A DNA stretch of 64,000 bases, taken from positions 32,001-96,000 of the IMG/VR virus record IMGVR_UViG_3300028840_005911; one strand, given 5' to 3'. Both the position numbers and the translations under genes were made by a program. This DNA is from a virus. A model generated the notes under the pieces. The model did no database searches and was not told the DNA's origin. It saw only the letters and a program-made list of their open reading frames with translations. This document shows, piece by piece, positions 38,327-46,866 of this stretch (within the stretch, counting starts at the first letter, position 1; each line of letters starts with the position of its first letter).

Positions 38327-39067
38327 TTACGCCGTCACCAGGGCAAAGAACCTCTTGTTCAGAGAGGCACCCGCTGAGGTGTCCTTGATGATATTTTTTA
38401 GCGGGTAGATGGTCGGAGTCCTCCGCTCCTCCCGCGCCTTGTTCAAGAGGTCGATGGTCTTCGTCGACTCGTGCTTCATGTCGTACCGGATGTCAGTGGG
38501 ATGGTACTTCAAGTAGATGTCAGCCGATCCGCCGAGCTCCCACCAGAGCTTCTCCAGGAGGTCCGCGATCTTCTGCGGAGGGAGCTTGAACAGCCTCTCC
38601 CCAACGATGCACGGCATCATGGACATTTCCTTGGTCGGCCTGTTCTCCTTCTGGAGGTAGTCGATGTGCTTCTTCTTGGACCCTGGGTCCAGGAACTGTT
38701 CTCTCGAGCATGACGGGCAGACCGTGTGGAAGTGGGCGAAGTTGCTCTCCATGATCGGCTTCTTGCAGTCATCGTACCCACACCAGTACATCTTCTGGTC
38801 CCCACCGCCATGAAACCGCCTGCCGGACTCCCAGATGGTGATGATCCCTGTCGAGGGCTTCAGTGCCGATATGGATCTATCCTTGCCGAACATGATCTCG
38901 ATCTTGTACTTTGCCCGGATCTCTTGTGACTGGATGATGTCGAGCTGGCGCTTCTTGTCCTCCTCGGCCATCTTGTTGACCTGGTCCAGGAGAACCCTGC
39001 GCTTCTGGGGGGAATCCCCATACCTCTCCAGGATGTCCTCTTCTACATTTACCGGGTTGACTGGCAT
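38327..39067 (-). CDS. Hypothetical Zn-finger protein
   Basis: CGYDDC...CPSC. Confidence 0.65.
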   Translation of the reverse strand: MPVNPVNVEEDILERYGDSPQKRRVLLDQVNKMAEEDKKRQLDIIQSQEIRAKYKIEIMFGKDRSISALKPSTGIITIWESGRRFHGGGDQKMYWCGYDDCKKPIMESNFAHFHTVCPSCSREQFLDPGSKKKHIDYLQKENRPTKEMSMMPCIVGERLFKLPPQKIADLLEKLWWELGGSADIYLKYHPTDIRYDMKHESTKTIDLLNKAREERRTPTIYPLKNIIKDTSAGASLNKRFFALVTA

Positions 39068-39068
39068 A

Positions 39069-39557
39069 TCAACCCCTCACCAGGGAGGCGCCCTTGCCAA
39101 CGTTCACACCGCCCGAGGGAGTCCCAGGACCGAGCAGGGGAGCCTCCAAGACCTCCATCCGGGGTGATACCTCATCTATGGCTCCGCAAATGGCGTGAGC
39201 GGCATTCTTGAGGTCATTGGACCCGAAGCTGAAGGCCCACCCGTAGACCATCTTGTTGCCCTTGAGGAAATAGTTCTTCCCGATATGGCTATCACAGATG
39301 TCTCGGGTCCGGACGAGGATGGTCTTGGCCAGTTGGTGAACCACGGCCCGCTCGTTCTCCTTCTTCACCCTGGCGAGGATGTGTACCTGCCCGGCCACAG
39401 CCCTGACCTCGGCCACCTCTACGAGGCTCGTCTTCTCCAAGGCCCCGGCGATGAGCTGCGCTATGTGCTCGGCTTCGCCCTGGGGGGAGATATCCGGGGC
39501 ATCGAAGTCGCTGATGTCCTGGCCTACTTCGTTCTTCCCGGTCGATGTGAAATCCAT
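39069..39557 (-). CDS. Hypothetical protein
   Basis: AAGGA RBS, GC3-rich codons. Confidence 0.65.
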   Translation of the reverse strand: MDFTSTGKNEVGQDISDFDAPDISPQGEAEHIAQLIAGALEKTSLVEVAEVRAVAGQVHILARVKKENERAVVHQLAKTILVRTRDICDSHIGKNYFLKGNKMVYGWAFSFGSNDLKNAAHAICGAIDEVSPRMEVLEAPLLGPGTPSGGVNVGKGASLVRG

Positions 39558-39567
39558 TCCTTAGCTC

Positions 39568-39933
39568 CTAGTTCATGTTGAGTTTCTCGAGCTCCGCCTC
39601 GTAGTCCTCGATGAGGCCTTCACACCTTACCCGGCACAGAACGAGAATGTTCATCAGAGCCTGAGTCGCGGCCCAGTACAGGAACTTGTCCCGCCGGGTG
39701 GGATTGTTATCCAGCTCCTGGAGACGTTCCTGTATGGCATCCTGGGCCTTGTTGAAGGTCCTGAGGTCTCTCCGCACATGCCAGAGTTCCTCGGTGATCT
39801 CTTTCCTACTGGCCAATGACTTCCTCGAGAGCTTTGGCTCCTCTATCGGTGTCCATAGAGGGCCTTGATTCCGCCGTCTTCTCTTGTTCATCCTCCACCC
39901 AAGTGAGGTATTTGCACGGCTCTCCGCCGCCAA
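39568..39933 (-). CDS. Hypothetical helical protein (start uncertain)
   Basis: 5' part overlaps upstream ORF. Confidence 0.45.
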   Translation of the reverse strand: MAAESRANTSLGWRMNKRRRRNQGPLWTPIEEPKLSRKSLASRKEITEELWHVRRDLRTFNKAQDAIQERLQELDNNPTRRDKFLYWAATQALMNILVLCRVRCEGLIEDYEAELEKLNMN

Positions 39934-40135
39934 CGTGTGGCATTGGCGCCCCTCCGGGCTCTCCCCCTACCCGAGGGATGGCACAGCACGCTCCTACTCC
40001 ACAGTTGCATTCACCTTTGCGCTCTCCGCCGGCGAAGTAGTAGGTACACTCGTCGGGGAGGTAGTGCCCAATTGTAGGGTAGTCCCGACACACCTTCGGC
40101 CGGGTCTCGTAGATACTGCACCTGGCGATGAGCAT
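39806..40135 (-). CDS. YkgJ/UPF0153-like cysteine-cluster protein
   Basis: CSIYETRPKVCRDYP; CNCGVGACC. Confidence 0.65.
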   Translation of the reverse strand: MLIARCSIYETRPKVCRDYPTIGHYLPDECTYYFAGGERKGECNCGVGACCAIPRVGGEPGGAPMPHVGGGEPCKYLTWVEDEQEKTAESRPSMDTDRGAKALEEVIGQ

Positions 40136-40143
40136 GACTTCCC

Positions 40144-40329
40144 TCAGATGACCCTATCCAGCTCGGCGTAGGCCTTTTTGACGTCTCCCCACGAGACGTC
40201 GATGTTGAGGACGATGTCCTCGTTCTTGAGCTCCCCCTTCACGCCCTCCTTGTCCACTGAGACGAAGGACCTGTCATTTCCCAGTTTGGCGTGAGGGTTC
40301 TTCGTGTCCAGATTGACGTCGATCTTCAT
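40144..40329 (-). CDS. Hypothetical protein
   Basis: GAGG RBS before MKIDV. Confidence 0.55.
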   Translation of the reverse strand: MKIDVNLDTKNPHAKLGNDRSFVSVDKEGVKGELKNEDIVLNIDVSWGDVKKAYAELDRVI

Positions 40330-40814
40330 AGCTTTCCTCCTTCTTTTTCCATGTAGCAGACCCAAGCAGATACTTCTTGTCCCGTGTACCTGGGTTCTAC
40401 CCTGTGAACTTTCGTGATTGCCTTGACTCCCAGTTTGCCGGCAAGTATCACGTGTGTAGCCTTCGAGAATTTGTCGTCGGGCGGAAGGATGACCCTACCC
40501 ATGACATCGATGCTCGCCTCGACCGGAAACTCGGTGTCCATTCCCTTTACTTTGACCCACATCTCGATGGGGGCGCTGGGGCGGTTGAGGTCTGTCTCCT
40601 TCACAGATCCCATCTCATCGGCGATGGCCAGGCCGAGGTCCTTGATGAACTTGTTGATCTCGTCAAGGCCGCTGTCCAACGAGACCTTGCGGGACCCAAC
40701 CAGATCCGACGCCTCCTCCGGGAGCTGCTTCCACCCGATCATCTGGTTGACTGCGTCCTTCGGGATCAGACCCGATTCCAGCATCAGCTTCACTGTCGGC
40801 TTGATTTCTTCCAT
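40326..40814 (-). CDS. Hypothetical protein
   Basis: ATGA overlap, RBS. Confidence 0.6.
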   Translation of the reverse strand: MEEIKPTVKLMLESGLIPKDAVNQMIGWKQLPEEASDLVGSRKVSLDSGLDEINKFIKDLGLAIADEMGSVKETDLNRPSAPIEMWVKVKGMDTEFPVEASIDVMGRVILPPDDKFSKATHVILAGKLGVKAITKVHRVEPRYTGQEVSAWVCYMEKEGGKL

Positions 40815-41358
40815 CGCCTATCTCCATTGTGGCCTTTACCACGTAACTGATATCCCTGTATTCTGCCTCGACGTAGGGAGCCCCACACAGAAGAAGTGTC
40901 TCTGGGGGAAGGAACCCCACGATCTCGACCGGTACCCCGAAGATGGTCTCAACCCCTTCAGATGCCGGTAGCCCTTTACCCTCTAGATCCAGCCACATGT
41001 CCAATACGGGGGTCGAGGTCGTATAACCGGTGACAAAGCATAGAGGTAGTAGCTTCTTCGCGTGGACGAGCTGCATCATGTCGAACAGAACCTCCGGCGG
41101 GCTCGGCTCGCTGTTCAGGTACTCATCCACGTAGGCATTGTTCATGGCCGCTTCGAGGTCCAGATCGCCTTCCTCGCAGTACGTCAGAGGGGCCATCCGG
41201 TACGCAAAGACCGGCTTCCCGAGCTCGATGACGATCTTGTGGATAGCTCCGCCGTCGATGATGTTCCTGACGAGCTCGACTATCCCGTCCTTCGTGGAAG
41301 GAAGATTGTAGTCCTCCCTGACCAGCTTGACCCGGTCCTCATCAAATCTGTTCGACAT
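40663..41358 (-). CDS. Hypothetical protein
   Basis: GGGAG RBS; 3' end overlaps next gene by about 150 nt. Confidence 0.6.
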   Translation of the reverse strand: MSNRFDEDRVKLVREDYNLPSTKDGIVELVRNIIDGGAIHKIVIELGKPVFAYRMAPLTYCEEGDLDLEAAMNNAYVDEYLNSEPSPPEVLFDMMQLVHAKKLLPLCFVTGYTTSTPVLDMWLDLEGKGLPASEGVETIFGVPVEIVGFLPPETLLLCGAPYVEAEYRDISYVVKATMEIGDGRNQADSEADAGIGSDPEGRSQPDDRVEAAPGGGVGSGWVPQGLVGQRP

Positions 41359-41536
41359 CGACTCCCTTTTCCCTTTCTCTCAAGTCAACGAAGTGACTCA
41401 CGATGATGTTCGTGATGGTAGTGCAGTGCCGGTCCGCATAGTCACGCGCCCACACCTTGAGATCCCCGGGGATCAGGAGATTGAGCCTGGCCTTGCCTTC
41501 GGGCTCAGGAGCCTCTTTTGTCTTTCCCTTCTTCAT
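41342..41536 (-). CDS. Ribbon-helix-helix DNA-binding protein
   Basis: ARLNLLIPGDLKVWARDYADRHCTTITNII fits the Arc/CopG strand-helix-helix pattern. Confidence 0.7.
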   Translation of the reverse strand: MKKGKTKEAPEPEGKARLNLLIPGDLKVWARDYADRHCTTITNIIVSHFVDLREREKGVDVEQI

Positions 41537-42231
41537 GCCGGGTGAGTCCGCCTGTTTTTGTCCGCACCGTCTTGTGCTCCCATCTTGGCGTGGAACTCGT
41601 TCCAGTCCCACAGAGGTCCTGGGTCGGACTTCCTACCCTGAGGGATAGCGATGTCCTCGTGCCCAACGATCCTATCGATGGGAATCTTGAGAAGATCGGA
41701 TAGGTACGCGCACAGGGTTACGCATGCCCCCATCTGCCTCTCGGAGTACGGCTCCCAGTAACCTTCGATGGCATACCCGGAGTCATATACCAAGGTAGCC
41801 GGGACAGGTTCCCCGTATTGCTCTCTTTTGTACCGCTTGACGTATCTTCCTCGACCAAGATAGTACTCATCCCCGGACTTGTGTAAGAGTCCGAAGTTGG
41901 CCATCTCGATTCCGATTGAGAATTCTCCGACATCTGATGTCATCTCCCCTTTATGCATCATCTCGGAGATCCCGGCGTGCCACGCCTTATGCTCGAGATC
42001 GACACATTGAACTATCTCCCCACCCCTGCCGATGATGAAATGCGCAGAGGCCCTGGACTCTTCCATGTTGAACCAGGTCCAGGTGCTTCTCAGGAAATGC
42101 CCTCCGGCGGTGTAGTGCAGGACGATAGCATCCGCGTGTGGGAATGCTTCCAGCTCACTTCCCCGCCGGAGACTGTAGTTGAACTCGACAGGCCTGTGGC
42201 TAAGCCAGTACTGTTCTATCCAGCAGCTCAT
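41533..42231 (-). CDS. N-acetylmuramoyl-L-alanine amidase (Amidase_2/AmpD-like)
   Basis: IVLHYTAG, SAHFII, AWHAG, SIGIEM, GHEDI...RKSDPG. Confidence 0.9.
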   Translation of the reverse strand: MSCWIEQYWLSHRPVEFNYSLRRGSELEAFPHADAIVLHYTAGGHFLRSTWTWFNMEESRASAHFIIGRGGEIVQCVDLEHKAWHAGISEMMHKGEMTSDVGEFSIGIEMANFGLLHKSGDEYYLGRGRYVKRYKREQYGEPVPATLVYDSGYAIEGYWEPYSERQMGACVTLCAYLSDLLKIPIDRIVGHEDIAIPQGRKSDPGPLWDWNEFHAKMGAQDGADKNRRTHPA

Positions 42232-42485
42232 AGCTTCACCTTCGTCACCCCTGCGAGGTAGTCCCTGAGTCCTTCGAACTTGTACTTCTCGCAGATGAGG
42301 TCGAGGACCATCTCGTGCATCTTGTCCTCAATGTCCGGGGTAGGATTCTTCCCGCTGAACTCCTCAGCGAGCTTCTTGTCCACCTCGGCGATGAGGTCCG
42401 CGTTGGCCGCAATGATGAACGGCATCCAAGCCCAGTCCACTTCGTAGGCCCCTGGCTTGTCCTTTATCGGCATTACGAGCTTCAT
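42228..42485 (-). CDS. Hypothetical protein
   Basis: ATGA overlaps. Confidence 0.6.
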   Translation of the reverse strand: MKLVMPIKDKPGAYEVDWAWMPFIIAANADLIAEVDKKLAEEFSGKNPTPDIEDKMHEMVLDLICEKYKFEGLRDYLAGVTKVKL

Positions 42486-42811
42486 TCCTGGACCCCTATG
42501 ATGTCGTCCATGTGGATGAGGGCATGGTCCTTGTCCATCGGGCCCGGGCGGTTGGCCTCCTGCAGGAAGCCTCGGAAGACGACCCGGTCACCCTCTTTGA
42601 TCCCGGAGTGGGTGTACTTGGCCCTGATGGCTTTCTTGCCCTCGTTGAGCTTCCCTTCTCCCACCGAGAGGGCAATGCCCGTGGCATTACCGAACCGCTC
42701 CTCAGCGTTCCCGGCGGGCATGTAGATCCCGCCTTCCGTCTTCTCCGGTGGCTTGTCCACCTTGATCAAAATCCATGGGCCCTTGGCCTTGATCTTCGAG
42801 ATGTCGGTCAT
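42482..42811 (-). CDS. groES: Co-chaperonin GroES (Cpn10)
   Basis: KTEGGIYMP mobile loop, G..LSVGEG, GDRVVF, DDIIGV. Confidence 0.85.
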   Translation of the reverse strand: MTDISKIKAKGPWILIKVDKPPEKTEGGIYMPAGNAEERFGNATGIALSVGEGKLNEGKKAIRAKYTHSGIKEGDRVVFRGFLQEANRPGPMDKDHALIHMDDIIGVQE

Positions 42812-43143
42812 ACCTGCGCCACTCCCTCTTCGTCGATCTCGACACCCTCTTCGAACTGGACGATGCCGACATTCTCCAGGTGATCGCCCAGGGACTTGGT
42901 GAACCAGTCGCTGGGGTTCGAGCAGACGTTCAGTCCGGTGATCTTCTCCCGGAGGATGAAGAACTGCGAGAGACCCGGGATACGGAACACGACCTGGACC
43001 TTGGTCTTGCCCTCATGGTCGATGTATTCCACCAGAAGGGGTTCGAGACCTGCCACCCTCTTCACTTCTCGGACTCGGCCGGCATCCTTGTCGGCGGTCG
43101 CCATGACGAACTGAGGGGACACTGTCTGTGCTGATTCTGCCAT
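42808..43143 (-). CDS. Hypothetical protein
   Basis: ATGA overlap. Confidence 0.6.
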   Translation of the reverse strand: MAESAQTVSPQFVMATADKDAGRVREVKRVAGLEPLLVEYIDHEGKTKVQVVFRIPGLSQFFILREKITGLNVCSNPSDWFTKSLGDHLENVGIVQFEEGVEIDEEGVAQV

Positions 43144-43153
43144 CTTGTACTCC

Positions 43154-43402
43154 TTACGTTGGCGGTCTTTGTGTGAGCTCTTGCGTCACTGGGACGCACC
43201 CGCATGTCCGAACGATGGTGCTTACGGCACCGTCAGACACCGGGGTGTACTTGACTGGTTGGTTACACAGTGGGCAAATCTGCCCGCTATAGTTCAGAGG
43301 CTGCATAGGGGGGTCGGTATCCGACCGTCTCTTCAGCAGCTCGTCGAGCTTCTTCTCAATCCTGAGCGCGGACTTCAGGATTTCCATCAGGATCCAGTGC
43401 AT
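43154..43402 (-). CDS. Small Zn-ribbon protein
   Basis: CPLC...CGC. Confidence 0.55.
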   Translation of the reverse strand: MHWILMEILKSALRIEKKLDELLKRRSDTDPPMQPLNYSGQICPLCNQPVKYTPVSDGAVSTIVRTCGCVPVTQELTQRPPT

Positions 43403-43817
43403 CTGGTCCCTCCACGTAGTACAGGCACGCTCCCTTACTCGAGGCGGCGAAGTGCATCTTCGTCCCGTCCTCGAGGGTCAGATTCTCCAGGATCACCCTC
43501 TTCGGGTCACCTGTCTCCTCCGCCTTCACCTCGACGACGTTCTTCGTCAGGAAGTTCCTCATGACGTTCTCGAGAGTTGCCGTGTCTTTGTCTGACGGGT
43601 GCCCGAAGCCCATCAATGAGCGGTAAAAAACAGAAAGGGGGATGTCTTCTGCCCCGGATTCCGGGGGTTTTCTATGTCTAACCATCCTGCCATTACACAG
43701 AGGAGTTATACATGGGAAGTTGATCCTCCACTCGTCCCTGTCCAGGATCTGGAACTCCTCCTTCTTCAAAGAGGTCATCCTGTAGGCTTTCCCACATGTC
43801 TGGCAGGACACGATCAT
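43356..43817 (-). CDS. Zn-ribbon-containing protein
   Basis: CQTC...CITPLC. Confidence 0.6.
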   Translation of the reverse strand: MIVSCQTCGKAYRMTSLKKEEFQILDRDEWRINFPCITPLCNGRMVRHRKPPESGAEDIPLSVFYRSLMGFGHPSDKDTATLENVMRNFLTKNVVEVKAEETGDPKRVILENLTLEDGTKMHFAASSKGACLYYVEGPDALDPDGNPEVRAQD

Positions 43818-44110
43818 ATCGAGTCCACCTCGAGCTCGTCCGTGTACTCATCGTTGATCGGCAGGGAGCTGTAGTCGTCTATGTCGTCATCCTCCCCATT
43901 CTGCTCGGGCTCTTCGTAGGTCGGTTCTTGGGTATCCGCCTTGGCAGGGAGGGACTCCGACCACAGATAGATGGCCGCCTGGGTGAAATCCTCAGAGACC
44001 TCCACCATGAGCTCTTCCTTGCCGTTGGTGAGGATCACAGCCCTGGGGATCTCCGCCCCGGAATCCAGATCGAAGGTGTCTCCGATGATTCTTGATACGA
44101 TGACGCTCAT
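43814..44110 (-). CDS. Acidic hypothetical protein
   Basis: ATGA overlaps. Confidence 0.6.
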   Translation of the reverse strand: MSVIVSRIIGDTFDLDSGAEIPRAVILTNGKEELMVEVSEDFTQAAIYLWSESLPAKADTQEPTYEEPEQNGEDDDIDDYSSLPINDEYTDELEVDSI

Positions 44111-44298
44111 TGTCTGATCTCCGGCGGCTCTGCGCTCTCAGGGAACAGGATCGTGGAGCGCTTCGAGCAGATGTCGTCGCGGATGTCCTTTATGGACTCG
44201 ATTCCTTCCACGATCTTGCATCCGTTGGTCTTGTTGTTGAAGGCCTGGCAGGTCTCTACACATCGAGCCCCTACCAGTATGCACGTCTTGTCTGTCAC
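44107..44298 (-). CDS. Small Cys-rich protein
   Basis: GTGA overlap. Confidence 0.5.
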   Translation of the reverse strand: MTDKTCILVGARCVETCQAFNNKTNGCKIVEGIESIKDIRDDICSKRSTILFPESAEPPEIRQ

Positions 44299-44735
44299 CC
44301 GATTCTCCTATGCTTGTGGATTCTCCTGGACATCTCGGCTTCCTTGATCTTCTGAGCACCCTTTTTGAGCCTCGAATAGATGCTCTTGTGCTCGTTTGCC
44401 CTCCACAACGGCTTCACGTTAAATGCAACCTGGGAAGTCCACCGTTCCAGAGCCTGTTTGACGTCCTGCTCCTCTCTCGTCGTCATCTTCTGCATGTAGG
44501 GGAAGACCGAATCCGAATAGTCTTGGAATGCCTCTTGGAGGTTGCTCTTCTCCACATGCGGGGCTTGTATGGCCTCTATCAAGGCCCTGGTTTTCAGAAA
44601 TTCCGCTTCTTGCCTCCGCTTCGTGATGACCATGAAGACGGACTCCAGCAGGCTTCCGGGCGGTGGAGGGCCGTCCGATAAGTCGTATAAGGTGTTGGCG
44701 CGCAGCCATCCTACTGGAGTCTCTAGCCATTTTTT
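44295..44735 (-). CDS. Tail-chaperone T-like ORF reached by -1 frameshift
   Basis: -1 frame relative to 44723-45793; no early RBS/ATG; begins at slippery site. Confidence 0.55.
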   Translation of the reverse strand, partial: KKWLETPVGWLRANTLYDLSDGPPPPGSLLESVFMVITKRRQEAEFLKTRALIEAIQAPHVEKSNLQEAFQDYSDSVFPYMQKMTTREEQDVKQALERWTSQVAFNVKPLWRANEHKSIYSRLKKGAQKIKEAEMSRRIHKHRRIG

Positions 44736-45793
44736 ACGTTCTCGAAGGTCAGGAGTTTGTTGACACGCTCGTTGAACCAGTTGCACTGGATTCCGAGATC
44801 GGCAACGATCTGGACCGGCAGGCTGGTCAGTACCCGCATCTTGTTCTCGAAGCTGTCCCTGGTGATACTCTCGTCCTTCTGCCCGACCTTCTCCCTGTGC
44901 TCGGGCAGAGGGGCGCCGTTGATGGCCACCGTCGAGCAGACCAACTTGCAGGTGTTGAGGAGCTCTTCCACATACGCCTGGGAGCCCTGCTCCTCAAAGA
45001 CGTACTGCAGACAGAACAGATGCTCTCTCTGTCCGAAGGTCCGGAAGGTGGCTGTGAACTTTCCGGGGATGATCTCCACCATCTGCTGGATCTCCCGGCT
45101 AACGATGAGATCGGCAAGGTCCAGCTCCTCGAGGTTGTCCTCGATCTTCTTTCGGCGCTCGGGGCTGTAGAGCTGCTGCTGGACCCTTGACATGGTCCCG
45201 AAGTTGATGGGCAGATCGGATTCCGGCTCCATCACCGCACGCTCTACCTCCTCGAGGTCGTGCTTCTGGAACTCTGTCTCCTCGGAGACCTCTACCTTCT
45301 CCATGAGCTCGAGCGTCTCTTTGGAAAGTCCCTTCTCTTTCTCGCCCTGCTCAGCGCCCAGCTTCTTGGCCTGTGCCATGGTGATGGGCTTCTCGAGCTC
45401 TCCCCGGGCCATGGCCTGGTTCACTTCGTAGGCCGAGCCGATGCCCGGGATATTGGGCTGTTCGACCATGTCAGGGTGATTCGGAGGGGAAACCATCGGG
45501 AGCTCACTCGGAGGGAGCTCTTCGGGGGGACTGTCATCGAACTGCGGTCTGGGGACGAGCTTGTCCATCTTACCCGGCTCGATTGGATCGGCACCGCCCA
45601 AGGGGCCCTCCTTGCCCTTGATCTTGGATGCTTGCCTCTTCTTCTCCTTCACACGCTCCGCGTAGGACTCTGCCGTCTTCATCGGCCTGTCGGCCGGCTT
45701 CTCATTGGTCTCCATGATACCCAAGTTCTCCTTGATCTCCTCGGTGGTAGGACCAAACATGGTCGCACCCTGTTTACTGTCCTCCATATCCAT
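44723..45793 (-). CDS. Putative tail assembly chaperone (G-like)
   Basis: Pro/Glu-rich N-terminus; ends GTA AAA AAT GGC TAG containing A AAA AAT. Confidence 0.55.
   Translation of the reverse strand: MDMEDSKQGATMFGPTTEEIKENLGIMETNEKPADRPMKTAESYAERVKEKKRQASKIKGKEGPLGGADPIEPGKMDKLVPRPQFDDSPPEELPPSELPMVSPPNHPDMVEQPNIPGIGSAYEVNQAMARGELEKPITMAQAKKLGAEQGEKEKGLSKETLELMEKVEVSEETEFQKHDLEEVERAVMEPESDLPINFGTMSRVQQQLYSPERRKKIEDNLEELDLADLIVSREIQQMVEIIPGKFTATFRTFGQREHLFCLQYVFEEQGSQAYVEELLNTCKLVCSTVAINGAPLPEHREKVGQKDESITRDSFENKMRVLTSLPVQIVADLGIQCNWFNERVNKLLTFENVKNG
44729..44735 (-). other. Putative -1 ribosomal frameshift heptamer A AAA AAU
   Basis: X XXY YYZ one codon before the stop; -1 frame open for more than 140 codons. 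Confidence 0.6.
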
Positions 45794-46070
45794 CCTCGTC
45801 GTCGGTGTCGTACAGTGGGCTCAGATCCAGAGGGATGAGAGATTTCTTGGACACTCCTCTCCCTGGCGTGGGGGGTACTATAGGGGAGACAGGACCGCTA
45901 ATCGGCCAGTCCTTCTTGCAACCGGCGCAGACGGCCCTCCGACCAGAGTGATTGGATATGATCCTTGCTTCCTTCCCGCACTCGCTGCAGTAGAACGCAG
46001 AGACCGGTATCCTCTCCTGGGCCTTTGCAGGTGCCGGTCCTGGAAGACCGTCTGGATCTTTGTCAGTCAT
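45774..46070 (-). CDS. Zn-ribbon protein
   Basis: CSECG...CAGC. Confidence 0.6.
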   Translation of the reverse strand: MTDKDPDGLPGPAPAKAQERIPVSAFYCSECGKEARIISNHSGRRAVCAGCKKDWPISGPVSPIVPPTPGRGVSKKSLIPLDLSPLYDTDDEDGYGGQ

Positions 46071-46542
46071 CTTCCCCCACGATGTACCTATGCTTGAGGG
46101 TCACGGTCACGATGCCTTCGGCAATCAGCTTGACCTTGATGATGAGACCGTCGATCAGGGAGAGGGGCCTCCCTTTGGTGGTGTGCAGGATGAGTCCGAC
46201 CAAACCCTCTACAGCCCATCCAAGATCTTCGGCGATGCACTCTATGGCGGGATCGCCCTTGATGAACCGGTCGATTGCTACTGAGTAGTTGGCTATCCTG
46301 ATGGACATCCGGTTCTTGAGTAAAAAAATGTTGGCTTCTTCGTCGTCGGAATTGATGCGCTTGAAGTCGGTACCCTTGATACTCTCTGCAAACTTCCTCT
46401 TGAGGTGGCCCGTCAGGAGGTCCTCTCCAAGCTGAGGATTCTCCAAGGTCAGCCTGAGTACTTCCGTGAAGTCAGGTATATTGACAGGGTCTGCGGCTTT
46501 CGGCTTTTCGCTTGAGAACTGCATGCTTGGAAGTCTATACAT
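46063..46542 (-). CDS. Hypothetical protein
   Basis: Operon packing. Confidence 0.6.
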   Translation of the reverse strand: MYRLPSMQFSSEKPKAADPVNIPDFTEVLRLTLENPQLGEDLLTGHLKRKFAESIKGTDFKRINSDDEEANIFLLKNRMSIRIANYSVAIDRFIKGDPAIECIAEDLGWAVEGLVGLILHTTKGRPLSLIDGLIIKVKLIAEGIVTVTLKHRYIVGEDD

Positions 46543-46556
46543 ACGTCATATGTATG
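46535..46556. promoter_or_regulatory. Second copy of CTATACATA-N5-TATGTATG
   Basis: Arms identical to 30621-30642; covers start of 46063-46542. Confidence 0.55.
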
Positions 46557-46814
46557 TCAAATCTTTTGTGGCTGTTCTTTAATAACCTGCCGTAGTAACT
46601 GACCTTTCTTGTCGTAGACGGAACCACAGACCTGGCACTCGTACTCGTCACCGAGCTCGATCTCGTGGTCCACCATCCCACAGGCAGGGCACCTGACCAC
46701 GTGGCCCTTGTTCCCGCAGTGCCAGCACCCTACTCCCTGACACTTGGGGCAGGACTGGTAGCCGTCCTTCTGTCTCATCACCGACAACATCTCTCGCTCC
46801 AACGTCGGCACCAC
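46557..46814 (-). CDS. DnaJ-type/Zn-finger protein
   Basis: CPKCQGVG, CWHCGNKG, CPACG, CQVCG. Confidence 0.7.
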   Translation of the reverse strand: MVPTLEREMLSVMRQKDGYQSCPKCQGVGCWHCGNKGHVVRCPACGMVDHEIELGDEYECQVCGSVYDKKGQLLRQVIKEQPQKI

Positions 46815-46866
46815 GACCCGGGTTGCCCCAGGCCGTGGTGCCGCTCAGAGGGGGAAAGGAAGATCG

